In this document: positions 1 through 9,055 of the stretch, piece after piece
Numbering within the stretch: position 1 is the stretch's first letter
Layout of the letters: each line of letters starts with the position of its first letter
Source of the DNA: a phage
Reading direction: 5' to 3' (one strand)
Length of the DNA stretch: 46,037 bases
Sequence record: PZ445465.1
Notes under the pieces: generated by a model
The model's input: the letters and a program-made list of their open reading frames with translations, nothing else
Told to the model about the DNA's origin: nothing
The model's database searches: none
Program-made: the position numbers and the translations under genes

Positions 1-1425
1 ATGGCTCGTAAACGACTCTCCGCGCTGGCAATCGAAAAACTTGAACAGGTAGTTGGCAACTCAACTGCAAAGCCTGAATCAGCAGTTTTTGGGCTTGTAG
101 ATAAGTTACTTCAGGATGGTTCTCCCAATGTCGTAAAGCGACTTAAGATGACAGTCACTGGGGTATCTGAAACTGATGAAGAGCCAACAATATTAATTCC
201 TGAGCGGATGGAGCTTATCCTTTACCCACGGCGCTTTAAGGTGTTTTATGGTGGTAGGGGCAGTTCCAAGAGCCGAACGTGTATATCCTACCTTATCGAA
301 AAGGCAAGGTTCCGCAACAGTCGCGTTGGTTGTTTTCGTGAGATACAGAACTCAATCAAAGAATCAAGCTATGCAGAGCTGGTCGATGAGATAAACAGGA
401 AGGGGCACGCTCAGGAATATCGTTGCGTTGATGGTGAGATAACGCACCACTCAACGAGATCAAAGTTTGTTTTCCGTGGACTGTGGCGAAATATAACCGC
501 CATCAAGGGTATGGCTGGTCTGACTGATGTATTCTGCGAAGAGTCTGAAAACATCAGTCAGGTGTCATGGGATACGCTGATTCCAACAGTTCGCGCCGCT
601 GGCTCTGAAATTATTATTGTTTTTAACCCAAATAAAGAGACAGACCCGACGTGGACTAACTTTGTTGAGCCTTACATCGACAAGATGGTTGATGGCATAT
701 ATCAGGATGATGACATAGTTGTTGTTAATGTTAACTACGTCCACAACCCGTGGTTCACGGAAGAACTTAAACAGCATATGAACCAGATGAAGGCGGTGGA
801 TTATGACCGCTATCTGTGGGTGTATGAAGGATTATTCAACAAGCGGTCTGAGGAAGCTGTGCTTGGCGGGAAATGGCAAACGCTGGACTTCGAGCCATCT
901 CCCGAATGGGGAGGGCCATATTATGGCATTGACTTTGGTTTTTCTCAGGATGCAACCGCAGCAACAGAATCATATGTAGAAGATTTGGGAGATGGGCGCA
1001 GAAATCTATATATCTATCGTGACTTTGCAAAGGTTGGCCTTGAGATAACTGACACGCCGGAAGCGATGCGCTCAGCATTCCCAAATTCAGAGAAGTACAG
1101 GTGGTATGGGGATTGCGCAAGGCCTGAAACAATAAGCCATATACGACGATCTGGATTCGATATTCATCCGTGCGCAAAATGGCCGGGTAGCATTGAGGAC
1201 GGGATTACGTGGCTGCGTGGGTGTGACAGAATTTACGTACACTCAAGATGTAAGCACGTCATTGAAGAGATGACAATGTACAGCTACAAGGTGGATAAAT
1301 TAACAGGAAACATACTCCCTGACATAGTTGATAAGTACAATCACGCGATTGATAGCCTACGCTATGGCCTTGGTGACCACATCGTTCAGCGCGGTAGCGG
1401 AATGCTAATCCGGCGCAGGCGATAA
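1..1425 (+). CDS. terL: terminase large subunit
   Basis: 474-aa ORF with N-terminal P-loop-like motif VFYGGRGSSKSRT and C-terminal nuclease-like region; lies next to putative terS and HNH at the other end of the window. Confidence 0.85.
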   Translation: MARKRLSALAIEKLEQVVGNSTAKPESAVFGLVDKLLQDGSPNVVKRLKMTVTGVSETDEEPTILIPERMELILYPRRFKVFYGGRGSSKSRTCISYLIEKARFRNSRVGCFREIQNSIKESSYAELVDEINRKGHAQEYRCVDGEITHHSTRSKFVFRGLWRNITAIKGMAGLTDVFCEESENISQVSWDTLIPTVRAAGSEIIIVFNPNKETDPTWTNFVEPYIDKMVDGIYQDDDIVVVNVNYVHNPWFTEELKQHMNQMKAVDYDRYLWVYEGLFNKRSEEAVLGGKWQTLDFEPSPEWGGPYYGIDFGFSQDATAATESYVEDLGDGRRNLYIYRDFAKVGLEITDTPEAMRSAFPNSEKYRWYGDCARPETISHIRRSGFDIHPCAKWPGSIEDGITWLRGCDRIYVHSRCKHVIEEMTMYSYKVDKLTGNILPDIVDKYNHAIDSLRYGLGDHIVQRGSGMLIRRRR

Positions 1426-1501
1426 ATCCGCATAACCACACTTGACCAATCTACACCGAGCGCATAGTATAATCTACATCATGCTTACCGGAGATATCAC
1501 T

Positions 1502-1708
1502 ATGCGCAGCTATGCAGGATTCACACAGGAGGAAAAAGAGCAGGTTTATTCACTGGCTCGGGCTGGTGTGCCTGATGATGTGATTTGCCGTCGGTATGAC
1601 ATCGACGAGGATTTCCTGCTGCGCGTTTTGGATGACGTTTTCGTTAACCTGCAGGAGAAGCGCGGGTACAAGGGTATCTGCTGCAAGAATGATTTTTTGA
1701 GAGGGTGA
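1502..1708 (+). CDS. hypothetical protein
   Basis: ATG at 1502 preceded by GGAG (1490-1493); first gene after terL; track ORF 1442..1708 trimmed to the RBS-supported start. Confidence 0.5.
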   Translation: MRSYAGFTQEEKEQVYSLARAGVPDDVICRRYDIDEDFLLRVLDDVFVNLQEKRGYKGICCKNDFLRG

Positions 1709-1710
1709 TT

Positions 1711-1914
1711 ATGAGGGGTTTTGTAAGAGATTTCCTGTTTATTGGCATTAAGTACACCATTGCACTGGTGATTGCTGTTCCGCTTATCTGGTTGATTAGA
1801 TGGGAGGAGCCAAGTATTGATGACATTATAAACTGGCAGGTTTTCAGACTTGTTATCGGCTTGTGGATTATTTCAGCTATTGCCGCATGGTGGATTAATC
1901 ATGTTCAGAAATAA
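1711..1914 (+). CDS. small membrane protein, about two predicted TM helices
   Basis: ATG 1711 after GAGGGTG; hydrophobic segments IALVIAVPLIWLI and LVIGLWIISAIAAWWI. Confidence 0.5.
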   Translation: MRGFVRDFLFIGIKYTIALVIAVPLIWLIRWEEPSIDDIINWQVFRLVIGLWIISAIAAWWINHVQK

Positions 1915-2308
1915 ATTAAAGAAAATAATCCGCGATGCTGCGGATAAGAAGTACACCAAAAAGATTGACATATCATTTATCGACTGCACTGGACTGTACA
2001 ATCACGCATGCCACCTGAATGCAGTGAACCGTGCACGGGATGGTAGTTCGTGCGCAGTGGTTGAGGTGGTTATGATTAATGATGATGGCGCAACAGCGCA
2101 TTACATCAATATGCAGTCAGACGGCGCATACATCGACTACACGCTTGGATGGCACTGGTCTGGTGCTGATTACCGGTTTGTGCGGTTTGTTCCGTTTACT
2201 GAGTGGCCCGATATCACAGGATCGTTAAGCAAACTGAAAGCTGAACTGTGTAAGCCAGTGGCTAAATGGCAGAGGTTATTGATGGTAACTGATGGTGAAC
2301 TTTGTTGA
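1901..2308 (+). CDS. hypothetical protein
   Basis: in-frame ATG at 1901 inside track ORF 1850..2308; overlaps the upstream gene end by 14 nt. Confidence 0.45.
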   Translation: MFRNKLKKIIRDAADKKYTKKIDISFIDCTGLYNHACHLNAVNRARDGSSCAVVEVVMINDDGATAHYINMQSDGAYIDYTLGWHWSGADYRFVRFVPFTEWPDITGSLSKLKAELCKPVAKWQRLLMVTDGELC

Positions 2309-2316
2309 GGTGAGTG

Positions 2317-2490
2317 ATGAAAATCGAAGGTGATTACGGGCAGCATATTATGGTTGATAAGGATTTCAAGTATGGTAACGACCTATTAGTAGTTAGGCAA
2401 ACTGGTGATGTAATCGTCGTTGCAATTGAGCAAGCAGAGCAGCTTATCGAAGTCCTGCAACGCTGGGTTAATGGTGAGGAGATTGAGTGA
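2317..2490 (+). CDS. hypothetical small protein (57 aa)
   Basis: below the 60-aa cutoff of the ORF track; ATG 2317 preceded by GAGGTGAG; its stop overlaps the next start as TGATG. Confidence 0.4.
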   Translation: MKIEGDYGQHIMVDKDFKYGNDLLVVRQTGDVIVVAIEQAEQLIEVLQRWVNGEEIE

Positions 2491-2675
2491 TGAGCGTTTA
2501 TTTTATTCATGCTGAAGTGCTTAATGGTGGTGCTATTGTCGCAAAAATATGTGCTGTTTCTACTGCATCTGACCCAGAAAGAGCATTTGATATGTTTTTT
2601 AATTGCGACAGGGTGAAAGGCCACGAAAGCAAAGGTCGTGATGTTGTAATTGATAAACTGGAAAAGGTGGAGTGA
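2490..2675 (+). CDS. hypothetical protein
   Basis: ATG 2490 overlapping the upstream stop (TGATG); track ORF 2487..2675. Confidence 0.45.
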   Translation: MSVYFIHAEVLNGGAIVAKICAVSTASDPERAFDMFFNCDRVKGHESKGRDVVIDKLEKVE

Positions 2676-2836
2676 TGGCACTATTCTGGTCGTTCTGGAT
2701 TCCACTTAATTTTATGTTCTGGTGGGCTATGGCTGCCGGAGTGAATGAACCAAGCAGGATACATTTCATGGTTGGCTCATTTTTCGCTGTGGTAACTGGT
2801 ATTGTGCCATGCTTGTTGTATCAATATTTCAAATAG
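2675..2836 (+). CDS. small membrane protein (53 aa)
   Basis: unlisted short ORF; ATG 2675 overlaps the upstream TGA; Trp/Phe-rich hydrophobic sequence; RBS AAGGTGGAG. Confidence 0.4.
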   Translation: MALFWSFWIPLNFMFWWAMAAGVNEPSRIHFMVGSFFAVVTGIVPCLLYQYFK

Positions 2837-2846
2837 AGGTGGAGTG

Positions 2847-3095
2847 ATGATAGGGATAATTCTTACTCTTATCGTTACGGCGTTCTTTGTTTATATCCTG
2901 ATAAGACATCAGCTTGTTTATATTGCCAGAGGAAGATTCATAAACTACTTCTATACAGAAGACCATAATGGATATGCAGCCGGCAAGATATTCCATGAGT
3001 CGCTACCAAGCTACGATGAGATGCTGTGGAAATTCTGGGTGTGGCCTCTGTCAAAATTCTATCCGGCGTACAGAAATCGAAATCGCAATAAGTGA
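2847..3095 (+). CDS. small membrane protein
   Basis: ATG 2847 after GAGGTGGAG; TM segment IGIILTLIVTAFFVYILI; followed by a terminator. Confidence 0.5.
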   Translation: MIGIILTLIVTAFFVYILIRHQLVYIARGRFINYFYTEDHNGYAAGKIFHESLPSYDEMLWKFWVWPLSKFYPAYRNRNRNK

Positions 3096-3105
3096 CCATG
3101 CTATA

Positions 3106-3135
3106 ATCCCATCCAACGTGATGGGATTTTTTATT
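3106..3135 (+). terminator. rho-independent terminator
   Basis: hairpin TCCCATC-CAACGT-GATGGGA followed by TTTTTTATT. Confidence 0.55.
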
Positions 3136-3143
3136 GGTGACAT

Positions 3144-4556
3144 ATGTCAAAAATTGATGCATTAAACGCCTATATACGCGACCGCGTGGCGAACAATAAC
3201 CGGGCGCTTCAGCAGCAGCGGCTTTGTGCTGGCGGGAAGAATCTGGACCAGAAACGTGAGTTCATGTGGAAGGAACTGGGCTACCCGCAGGAAATAACCG
3301 CCGAGATGTTCCGCTATGCATACGAGCGACATCCAGCCGCCGCCGCTGGCATTAACCGCATTATTAATAAATGCTGGCAGAAATACCCAGAAGTGGTTGA
3401 GGATGGCGAGGATGACAAGAACTCAACGTCGTGGGAGCTGTCCATCAACGACATGATGAAGCGCGCCTACCCGTTCATCAAGGAGGCTGACAAGCGCAAC
3501 GCCATCAACCGCTATTCCGCTGTTATCCTGCAAATCCGTGACGGCAAACAGTGGAGTGAACCGGTAGACATCACCAAAACACGCCGCATTAAAGATAAAT
3601 CCATTGTTCGCTTTATCCCAGTATGGGAAGAGCAACTCCGCGTCAGCGCATGGAATAACGATGAAACAAGTGAAGACTACGGCATGCCTGAGATGTACGA
3701 ATATCAGGAAAGCGCCGTAGAGGATTTCGATAGCGACGGCAAGCCTGAGCGTTCCGTGCAGATTCATCCTGATCGCATTATCATTCTGGCAGAGGGTAGC
3801 TTCGATGGCAGTATGTTCAGTGGCATCCCGATGCTACGTGCTGGCTACAACAGCCTTATCGACATGGCTAAGGTTTCCGGTAGTTCAGCAGAAGGCTTCC
3901 TGAAGAATGCCAGCCGTCAACTGGCTGTTAACTACACGAAGGACAACGTAACGCCAGCAAGCCTTGCACAGTCAATGGGTGTATCTCAGGATGAGCTTAT
4001 TGACATCATGAATGACAATATCGAGATGCTGAATTCTGGCATTGACGCTGCACTATTTAGCATGGGCGCCGAGACTCAGGTGTTATCCGTAACGCCAGCT
4101 GACCCGAAACCAACATGGGAAGTGGCTGCCAACCAGTTCGCTGCATCAATGGCGCTTCCGTTCACCGTCATTTTCGGGCAGCAAACCGGACGCCTTGCGA
4201 GTGATGAAGACAAGATGCAGGAGGCGATGACTGCCAAGCAGCGCCGAGAAACATGGGTGGATTATGTTATCTCAATGTTCGTTGAGCGCATGATTCAGTT
4301 CGGCATCGTCGATAAAGCACCGGCAAATGGCTACAAGGTTAAGTGGGACGACCTGCTTGCTCCATCAGAGCTGGATAAGGCGGAGTTGCTGTCTAAGCTC
4401 GCCACTGCGAACAAGTCGTTCTTTGATGCTGGTCAATCTGCGTTGCTTACCGTCGATGAGGCTCGCGGCATGGTTGGTATGGAGCCGATTGAACTTGATG
4501 AAAGTTATCGCGAAGACACGCCACCGGAAGATGAAAATGAAGATACTCCGGTTTAA
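3144..4556 (+). CDS. portal protein (putative)
   Basis: 470-aa ORF directly upstream of a Mu F-like head morphogenesis gene; acidic C-terminal tail; position and size typical of portal. Confidence 0.7.
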   Translation: MSKIDALNAYIRDRVANNNRALQQQRLCAGGKNLDQKREFMWKELGYPQEITAEMFRYAYERHPAAAAGINRIINKCWQKYPEVVEDGEDDKNSTSWELSINDMMKRAYPFIKEADKRNAINRYSAVILQIRDGKQWSEPVDITKTRRIKDKSIVRFIPVWEEQLRVSAWNNDETSEDYGMPEMYEYQESAVEDFDSDGKPERSVQIHPDRIIILAEGSFDGSMFSGIPMLRAGYNSLIDMAKVSGSSAEGFLKNASRQLAVNYTKDNVTPASLAQSMGVSQDELIDIMNDNIEMLNSGIDAALFSMGAETQVLSVTPADPKPTWEVAANQFAASMALPFTVIFGQQTGRLASDEDKMQEAMTAKQRRETWVDYVISMFVERMIQFGIVDKAPANGYKVKWDDLLAPSELDKAELLSKLATANKSFFDAGQSALLTVDEARGMVGMEPIELDESYREDTPPEDENEDTPV

Positions 4557-4620
4557 CGCAAGACTTCCGCAGCCGCGCATATCGCAGAGCCTGACCGACC
4601 CGTTAGGCGCTGCAACCCGC

Positions 4621-5487
4621 ATGTCGAAGATGGACAAGGTGATAACGCGCAAATATAAGCAACTCAGGACTCGTGCGCTTGAGTTGTTTCGCACCATTCC
4701 GCATAGTCAGACTAACGCAGAATCAAGCGGTCTGTATTTCTATGATTTCAGTAGTGCGCGCGCCGCTACTTTCATGGATGAGTTGCAGGCGCTGATTGAC
4801 GAGATTCTGCTGGAAGGTGACGACTTCAGTCACGGCAGGATGTGGGCCAATGTGTTCATCGGTGATGCGTATCAGGCAGGAACGCAGAAGGCCAACTCTG
4901 AACTATCAAGCCTGTCTCCGGTTTATGCCGAGCAGAGGCCTATTGCCGCGATACTCTACAGTGAGCCATATCTGAATCGGCTGCGGCTTGCGTATACAGC
5001 TGGTTACTCGGACTGGCGAGGATTGAGTGATTACTCACGCCAACAACTGGCATCCGTCATTATGGAAGGCATTGCCCGTGGTGCCAATCCTCGAGATGTT
5101 GAAGCTGATATCGTCAAGCGTGTTGATGTATCTCATAGCTACGCGAAACAGATAGCACAGACTGAAATCACCGGAACGCTGCGTCAGGCTAACAGAAGAG
5201 AAGTCATTGAGGCGCGCGAGGAATTAGGAATTGAAACGGTGATGCTGTGGCAATCGGCATTAATGCGCACGACACGCCAGACTCACGCGGCGAGACATGG
5301 AAGGTTTTACACGCCAGAAGAAATTGATACGTTTTATAGTGAAGTTGCTAACCGCAGGAATTGTCACTGTGCGCAAACTCCGGCGTTATTAATGGATGGG
5401 AAACCAGTCATTCTTGAGTCATCACAGGAAAGGCTTGATAAGCAGCGCGAGGCATGGCAATCAGCAAACAAAAAGCCCTCTAAGTGA
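4621..5487 (+). CDS. head morphogenesis protein (Mu F / SPP1 gp7-like, putative)
   Basis: start set at ATG 4621 after the portal stop; the track ORF's upstream extension overlaps portal; position and size typical of the family. Confidence 0.55.
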   Translation: MSKMDKVITRKYKQLRTRALELFRTIPHSQTNAESSGLYFYDFSSARAATFMDELQALIDEILLEGDDFSHGRMWANVFIGDAYQAGTQKANSELSSLSPVYAEQRPIAAILYSEPYLNRLRLAYTAGYSDWRGLSDYSRQQLASVIMEGIARGANPRDVEADIVKRVDVSHSYAKQIAQTEITGTLRQANRREVIEAREELGIETVMLWQSALMRTTRQTHAARHGRFYTPEEIDTFYSEVANRRNCHCAQTPALLMDGKPVILESSQERLDKQREAWQSANKKPSK

Positions 5488-5500
5488 GGGCTTGGTTTTA
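5474..5500. terminator. bidirectional rho-independent terminator
   Basis: hairpin AGCCCTC-TAAGT-GAGGGCT flanked by A-run and T-run, between convergent genes. Confidence 0.6.
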
Positions 5501-5571
5501 TCTTATGAGCATACACAGAACGAATATTATTATCGCATAGCACAATATCTCTACGACGCTGAATATTGTCT

Positions 5572-6180
5572 TTAATCATCAAGTTTCACGCCGGGAATTT
5601 TGCCTGCTGCGATGGCTTCATAAATTAGCTTAGCCTCATCCTCGCGCTTGTAATCTTGCGCTACCATTTCTAATACCGCGCAGATAGATTCAAGTACAGC
5701 CTCATGCTTCCTTTCTGCTTCTGTGCGAAATGGGATGAAAACATCCTTATTGGATGGGGTTATTGCGTAGTAAATCTCACCAGATGGTCTGATAACTATT
5801 TTTTCGCCATCAAGACCAATAACCTTGACTTTTCCCCATGACGTTCCGTTGCTGATATACTCACATTCACACCCAACTGGCGGCAGTCCTTCTCCGTTCC
5901 ATGCTGAATTTTTCGATGCTGCGAGCGCTGCTTTGTATTGCCAATAGGTTACTATCGACTCCTTATGGTCGGAAGATAATGGCGTAGCCCATTCTTCTCC
6001 ATACCAGAAATGCACAAGGCTATTGCCAGTGTGGTGTTTCCATGAGAACCCTTCGTAGTGTGGGTCATTCGTGTCCCATACGCACAGTGAACCGTCATTA
6101 TCTTGAGTAATTGACAGCGCGTTTTGAGGCCACCCACCACGCTTAGGCAATTCTTGAACTAACAGGTCGATAAGTTTCAT
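5572..6180 (-). CDS. hypothetical protein (202 aa)
   Basis: ATG at 6180 with GGAGA RBS; last gene of a leftward four-gene cassette; no recognised domain. Confidence 0.6.
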   Translation of the reverse strand: MKLIDLLVQELPKRGGWPQNALSITQDNDGSLCVWDTNDPHYEGFSWKHHTGNSLVHFWYGEEWATPLSSDHKESIVTYWQYKAALAASKNSAWNGEGLPPVGCECEYISNGTSWGKVKVIGLDGEKIVIRPSGEIYYAITPSNKDVFIPFRTEAERKHEAVLESICAVLEMVAQDYKREDEAKLIYEAIAAGKIPGVKLDD

Positions 6181-6192
6181 TTTTGTTCTCCG

Positions 6193-6408
6193 TTAATAAT
6201 TTGGCTTTACGTCTTTCATTGTTAGTGGCTTCCATCCACTTGCGATTGCAATATCAATACAATCCTCAAGCGTTTCAGCTTTTATTGGCTCACCAACTTC
6301 ACTATCATCAAATTTTCTCTGTATTTGATAGCCATCTACGACATAAAGAATCTCTACAGAACCATGTAGTGTGTGCATCGACTCAAGCCATTGCAGGTGG
6401 TAGCTCAT
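6193..6408 (-). CDS. hypothetical protein (71 aa)
   Basis: ATG 6408 with AGGGGG RBS; ATGA overlap with the upstream gene. Confidence 0.55.
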   Translation of the reverse strand: MSYHLQWLESMHTLHGSVEILYVVDGYQIQRKFDDSEVGEPIKAETLEDCIDIAIASGWKPLTMKDVKPNY

Positions 6409-6701
6409 TTTGTTCCCCCTAATGCCTTATTAACCGCAGCACGCGCATTATCTAGAGCGCGGCGCTTACTTGATGTTGTCCAGACTTTGCCGTCTGCAGA
6501 ATCGTAGCATTCAATCATTTGCTGCGTAGCAATAATCAATTCGGAAATAAGCATGTCGCGATATGCTAACTCAGCAGCAATAGCTGATTTTGAGTGCAAT
6601 GATTCAGAGCTCATGGCGCCAACATGCTGTGAATAAAAGCCACCAATTTCATCAAGGATATCTATATCCCGCTCTGCATACAGATTATTGCTGTCAGTCA
6701 T
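6405..6701 (-). CDS. hypothetical protein (98 aa)
   Basis: start moved to ATG 6701, which has a GGAG RBS; track ORF 6405..6725. Confidence 0.5.
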   Translation of the reverse strand: MTDSNNLYAERDIDILDEIGGFYSQHVGAMSSESLHSKSAIAAELAYRDMLISELIIATQQMIECYDSADGKVWTTSSKRRALDNARAAVNKALGGTK

Positions 6702-6859
6702 TTGATATACTCCATAATCTCGCATTCACGCATCTGCACCAGACTAAATGGCGCAACCACTTTGCCGCATGGGCGGATTTTGATTTGCTCAAGGCCGAAC
6801 ATTCCGCAGCGTCCGTTTTCTTTGAATTTGACCATTACCATAATTTCTTCCTCACTCAT
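6698..6859 (-). CDS. hypothetical small protein (53 aa)
   Basis: unlisted ORF MSEEEIMVMVKFKENGRCGMFGLEQ...; stop overlaps the next start as ATGA; weak RBS. Confidence 0.3.
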   Translation of the reverse strand: MSEEEIMVMVKFKENGRCGMFGLEQIKIRPCGKVVAPFSLVQMRECEIMEYIK

Positions 6860-6889
6860 CGTTTGATGTAGATACTATGCACCACCACT

Positions 6890-6920
6890 CAATCTACGTC
6901 AATAGCCATTGTGATAGAAT
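6890..6920 (+). promoter_or_regulatory. promoter region for the lysis genes: motif CAATCTACGTC plus extended -10-like TGTGATAGAAT
   Basis: motif at 6890-6900; TGTG-ATAGAAT at 6910-6920; strong RBS AGGAGG and ATG 6947 downstream; region is divergent toward the leftward cassette. Confidence 0.4.
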
Positions 6921-6946
6921 TAATCATTATTTGAACAGGAGGCAGA

Positions 6947-7225
6947 ATGAAACTATCGCAACGCGGCATGGAGGTGTTTGGAATTACCGATGCCGTAGAT
7001 ATATCGCCTTACATCACCACTGAGACAACACAGAATCAGTTTGATGCGCTGACAAGCCTTGCCACCGACATCGGCATTGACTCGTTCCGCAAATCAACGC
7101 TTCTGAAGAAACACAATCTCCGCTGCTTCTCATGTGTCGTCGCGCATTTCATCGTGTGGGGTGAGAAGACTGGCGACAAAGCAAAACGCAAGGCTGAAAA
7201 AGAGGTTTACTGGTATGGCTATTAG
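6947..7225 (+). pseudogene. truncated GH24 (T4/P22-type) lysozyme remnant, C-terminal portion only
   Basis: 92-aa ORF containing QNQFDALTSLATDIGIDSFRKSTLLKKHN, the conserved GH24 C-terminal lobe motif, but lacking the N-terminal catalytic segment; overlaps the intact endolysin start. Confidence 0.5.
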
Positions 7226-7679
7226 CAAAAACATGAAGGCGTTTCTGGATATGCTGGCGTACAGCGAGGGCACTGATAACGGGCGGCAGAAAACCAATAA
7301 TCATGGTTATGATGTGATTGTTGGCGGCTCACTGTTTACCGACTATTCCGATCACCCGCGCAAGCTGATTAGCCTGCCTAAGCTGGGCATCAAATCCACT
7401 GCCGCCGGGCGCTATCAGGTGCTGGCTAAATTTTATGATGCGTACAAAAAGCAACTGCGCCTGCCTGACTTCTCCCCCGCGTCACAGGACGCTATCGCAA
7501 TGCAACTAATCCGTGAATGCAAAGCCACCGCCGATATTGAGACTGGTCGCATTGCTGATGCTATCCATAAATGCCGCTCCCGCTGGGCTTCATTACCGGG
7601 CGCTGGCTATGGTCAGCATGAGCAGAAGCTGGATAAGTTGATTCAGGTATACAAAGAGGCTGGCGGAGCTGTGGCATGA
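7215..7679 (+). CDS. R: endolysin, lambda R-type lytic transglycosylase
   Basis: MKAFLDMLAYSEGTDNGRQKTNNHGYDVIVGG...DYSDHPRKL...WASLPGAGYGQ closely matches lambda R; start ATG 7215 within track ORF 7134..7679. Confidence 0.85.
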   Translation: MAISKNMKAFLDMLAYSEGTDNGRQKTNNHGYDVIVGGSLFTDYSDHPRKLISLPKLGIKSTAAGRYQVLAKFYDAYKKQLRLPDFSPASQDAIAMQLIRECKATADIETGRIADAIHKCRSRWASLPGAGYGQHEQKLDKLIQVYKEAGGAVA

Positions 7680-7915
7680 AAAAGCTAAGCAACTGGCTGC
7701 TCGGCGCGTGGATTTCATTCTGCTCACTATTGCAGCTATGGCCTGATGCAATGATGCACGTGTGGGTAATGATGCCGGACGACCTGAAAGCGGCGCTACC
7801 GCCAATCGTGGTCAAAGGTGTAAGCTACTCCATCATGCTGGTTGGTATTCTCGGAAAAATGCACGGCATGAGGAAGGAGAACCGGAGGCTGCGCAATGAT
7901 GTCAATTCTCGCTAA
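7676..7915 (+). CDS. lysis-associated membrane protein (possible holin)
   Basis: 79-aa ORF between endolysin and spanins; ATGA overlap with the endolysin stop; two hydrophobic segments and a charged C-terminus. Confidence 0.35.
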   Translation: MKKLSNWLLGAWISFCSLLQLWPDAMMHVWVMMPDDLKAALPPIVVKGVSYSIMLVGILGKMHGMRKENRRLRNDVNSR

Positions 7916-8387
7916 ATACTGGCGACCACTGGCAATTATTATAATTGTTGTCTCTGGCGCGTTGTGGGCGCGTAGCGAAATCATCAGCTACGGCGACCAA
8001 CGATACGCAGAAGGCAAATCCCAAGCAATCGCCGAACAGAAGGCCGCAGACGAACAAGAGGAGCAACGACGCAATGCAGAACTGCAAAAGATTCAGGCTG
8101 ACGCACAGCAAAGGATTGACGCTGCGCGCAATGATGCTGTCAATGCTGCTGCTAAGTCTGGCAGGTTGCAGCAACAGCTCGCAAATATCCGCAAGCAGCT
8201 CGTCGGATATTCCACCGCTGAGTCCATTGGCAATCCAGCCGCAGAAACCGGAGTTTTGCTTGGAGACGTGCTCGGCAAATCTGTCGAAAGAAATCGACAA
8301 CTGGCAGATTATGCTGACAGGGCAAGAGAGGCAGGATTAGCGTGTGAGGCGCAGTATAATTCGCTGCGTAATAAAAAAGCCCCGTGA
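7896..8387 (+). CDS. Rz: i-spanin (Rz-like)
   Basis: N-terminal TM LAIIIIVVSGALW followed by a coiled-coil region rich in Q/A/E; follows the endolysin. Confidence 0.7.
   Translation: MMSILAKYWRPLAIIIIVVSGALWARSEIISYGDQRYAEGKSQAIAEQKAADEQEEQRRNAELQKIQADAQQRIDAARNDAVNAAAKSGRLQQQLANIRKQLVGYSTAESIGNPAAETGVLLGDVLGKSVERNRQLADYADRAREAGLACEAQYNSLRNKKAP
8131..8340 (+). CDS. Rz1: o-spanin (Rz1-like lipoprotein) embedded in Rz in the +1 frame
   Basis: MMLSMLLLSLAGC lipobox (LAGC) followed by a Pro-rich mature region; lies entirely inside the Rz ORF. Confidence 0.6.
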   Translation: MMLSMLLLSLAGCSNSSQISASSSSDIPPLSPLAIQPQKPEFCLETCSANLSKEIDNWQIMLTGQERQD

Positions 8388-8403
8388 TGGGGCTTGTGTT
8401 TAA
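8376..8403. terminator. bidirectional rho-independent terminator
   Basis: hairpin AGCCCC-GTGAT-GGGGCT flanked by A-run and T-rich tract, between convergent genes. Confidence 0.6.
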
Positions 8404-8411
8404 TTGGTTTG

Positions 8412-8555
8412 TTAAGATTCTTCCCGCTGCTTCCACATCTGTTTCAGCTGGAAATAAGCATACGCTTCATCACCATCTTTCGCATTGCGCTCCATTTGCT
8501 CACACCATGCCGATGGTTTTGGCGGCTCACTCTGCTGGCAATGTTGTTGGCTCAT
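8412..8555 (-). CDS. hypothetical small protein (47 aa)
   Basis: ATG 8555 with GAGGA RBS; overlaps the upstream gene by 29 nt; uncertain. Confidence 0.3.
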   Translation of the reverse strand: MSQQHCQQSEPPKPSAWCEQMERNAKDGDEAYAYFQLKQMWKQREES

Positions 8556-8832
8556 TAACAGATTCCTCAACCGCAGATTCAACGATGCGCACCAGTGAGC
8601 ACTCAAGATTCGGTGCATTGTAATTACCAGCCAGAAACAGAACACTGCCGGTGCTGATTAATACCTGCTTTGCGTTCGCCTGTGACAGATTCTGCACGAT
8701 GAATTGCGCTGTTTCCGTGCCGATTTTTAGCACTGCGCTGCCGTCGCTGTTCAGTGATACCGGTTGTGCTGAAGTGTCGGTAATATTGGTGTAGCTCGCG
8801 TTTCGTTGCGCGATTGTTATGTCTGTGAACAT
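8527..8832 (-). CDS. hypothetical protein (101 aa)
   Basis: ATG 8832 with AAGAGG RBS; part of a leftward cassette. Confidence 0.5.
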   Translation of the reverse strand: MFTDITIAQRNASYTNITDTSAQPVSLNSDGSAVLKIGTETAQFIVQNLSQANAKQVLISTGSVLFLAGNYNAPNLECSLVRIVESAVEESVNEPTTLPAE

Positions 8833-8833
8833 A

Positions 8834-9055
8834 TTAGCCTCTTACGTTTAATTTGATTTTTCCATCCACGTCGCGTGATGCACACTCAACAGTGATTGTT
8901 AACTTGGTGATCTCTTCGACGTCTGCATCAAGAATCAAGCGGACGCAACCACCAACTATTCTACCATCCTGATCAACAACGCGAATTTTATCATCGACTC
9001 TTTCAACGTGGAGCCAAACCTTTTCTTCATCACAGCCATTATTGAGAATTGACAT
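8834..9055 (-). CDS. hypothetical protein (73 aa)
   Basis: ATG 9055 overlaps the upstream stop (TAATG). Confidence 0.5.
   Translation of the reverse strand: MSILNNGCDEEKVWLHVERVDDKIRVVDQDGRIVGGCVRLILDADVEEITKLTITVECASRDVDGKIKLNVRG

Noticed and set aside
1442-1473. Canonical sigma70 promoter TTGACC ... TATAAT upstream of the first early gene
   Set aside because: The spacer between the hexamers is 20 nt, too long for a standard promoter. The region is kept only as a motif-bearing regulatory region (CAATCTACACC, TAATCTACATC).
4327-4620. N-terminal extension of the head morphogenesis ORF overlapping the portal 3' end
   Set aside because: It would overlap portal by more than 200 nt; a start at ATG 4621 just after the portal stop is more parsimonious.
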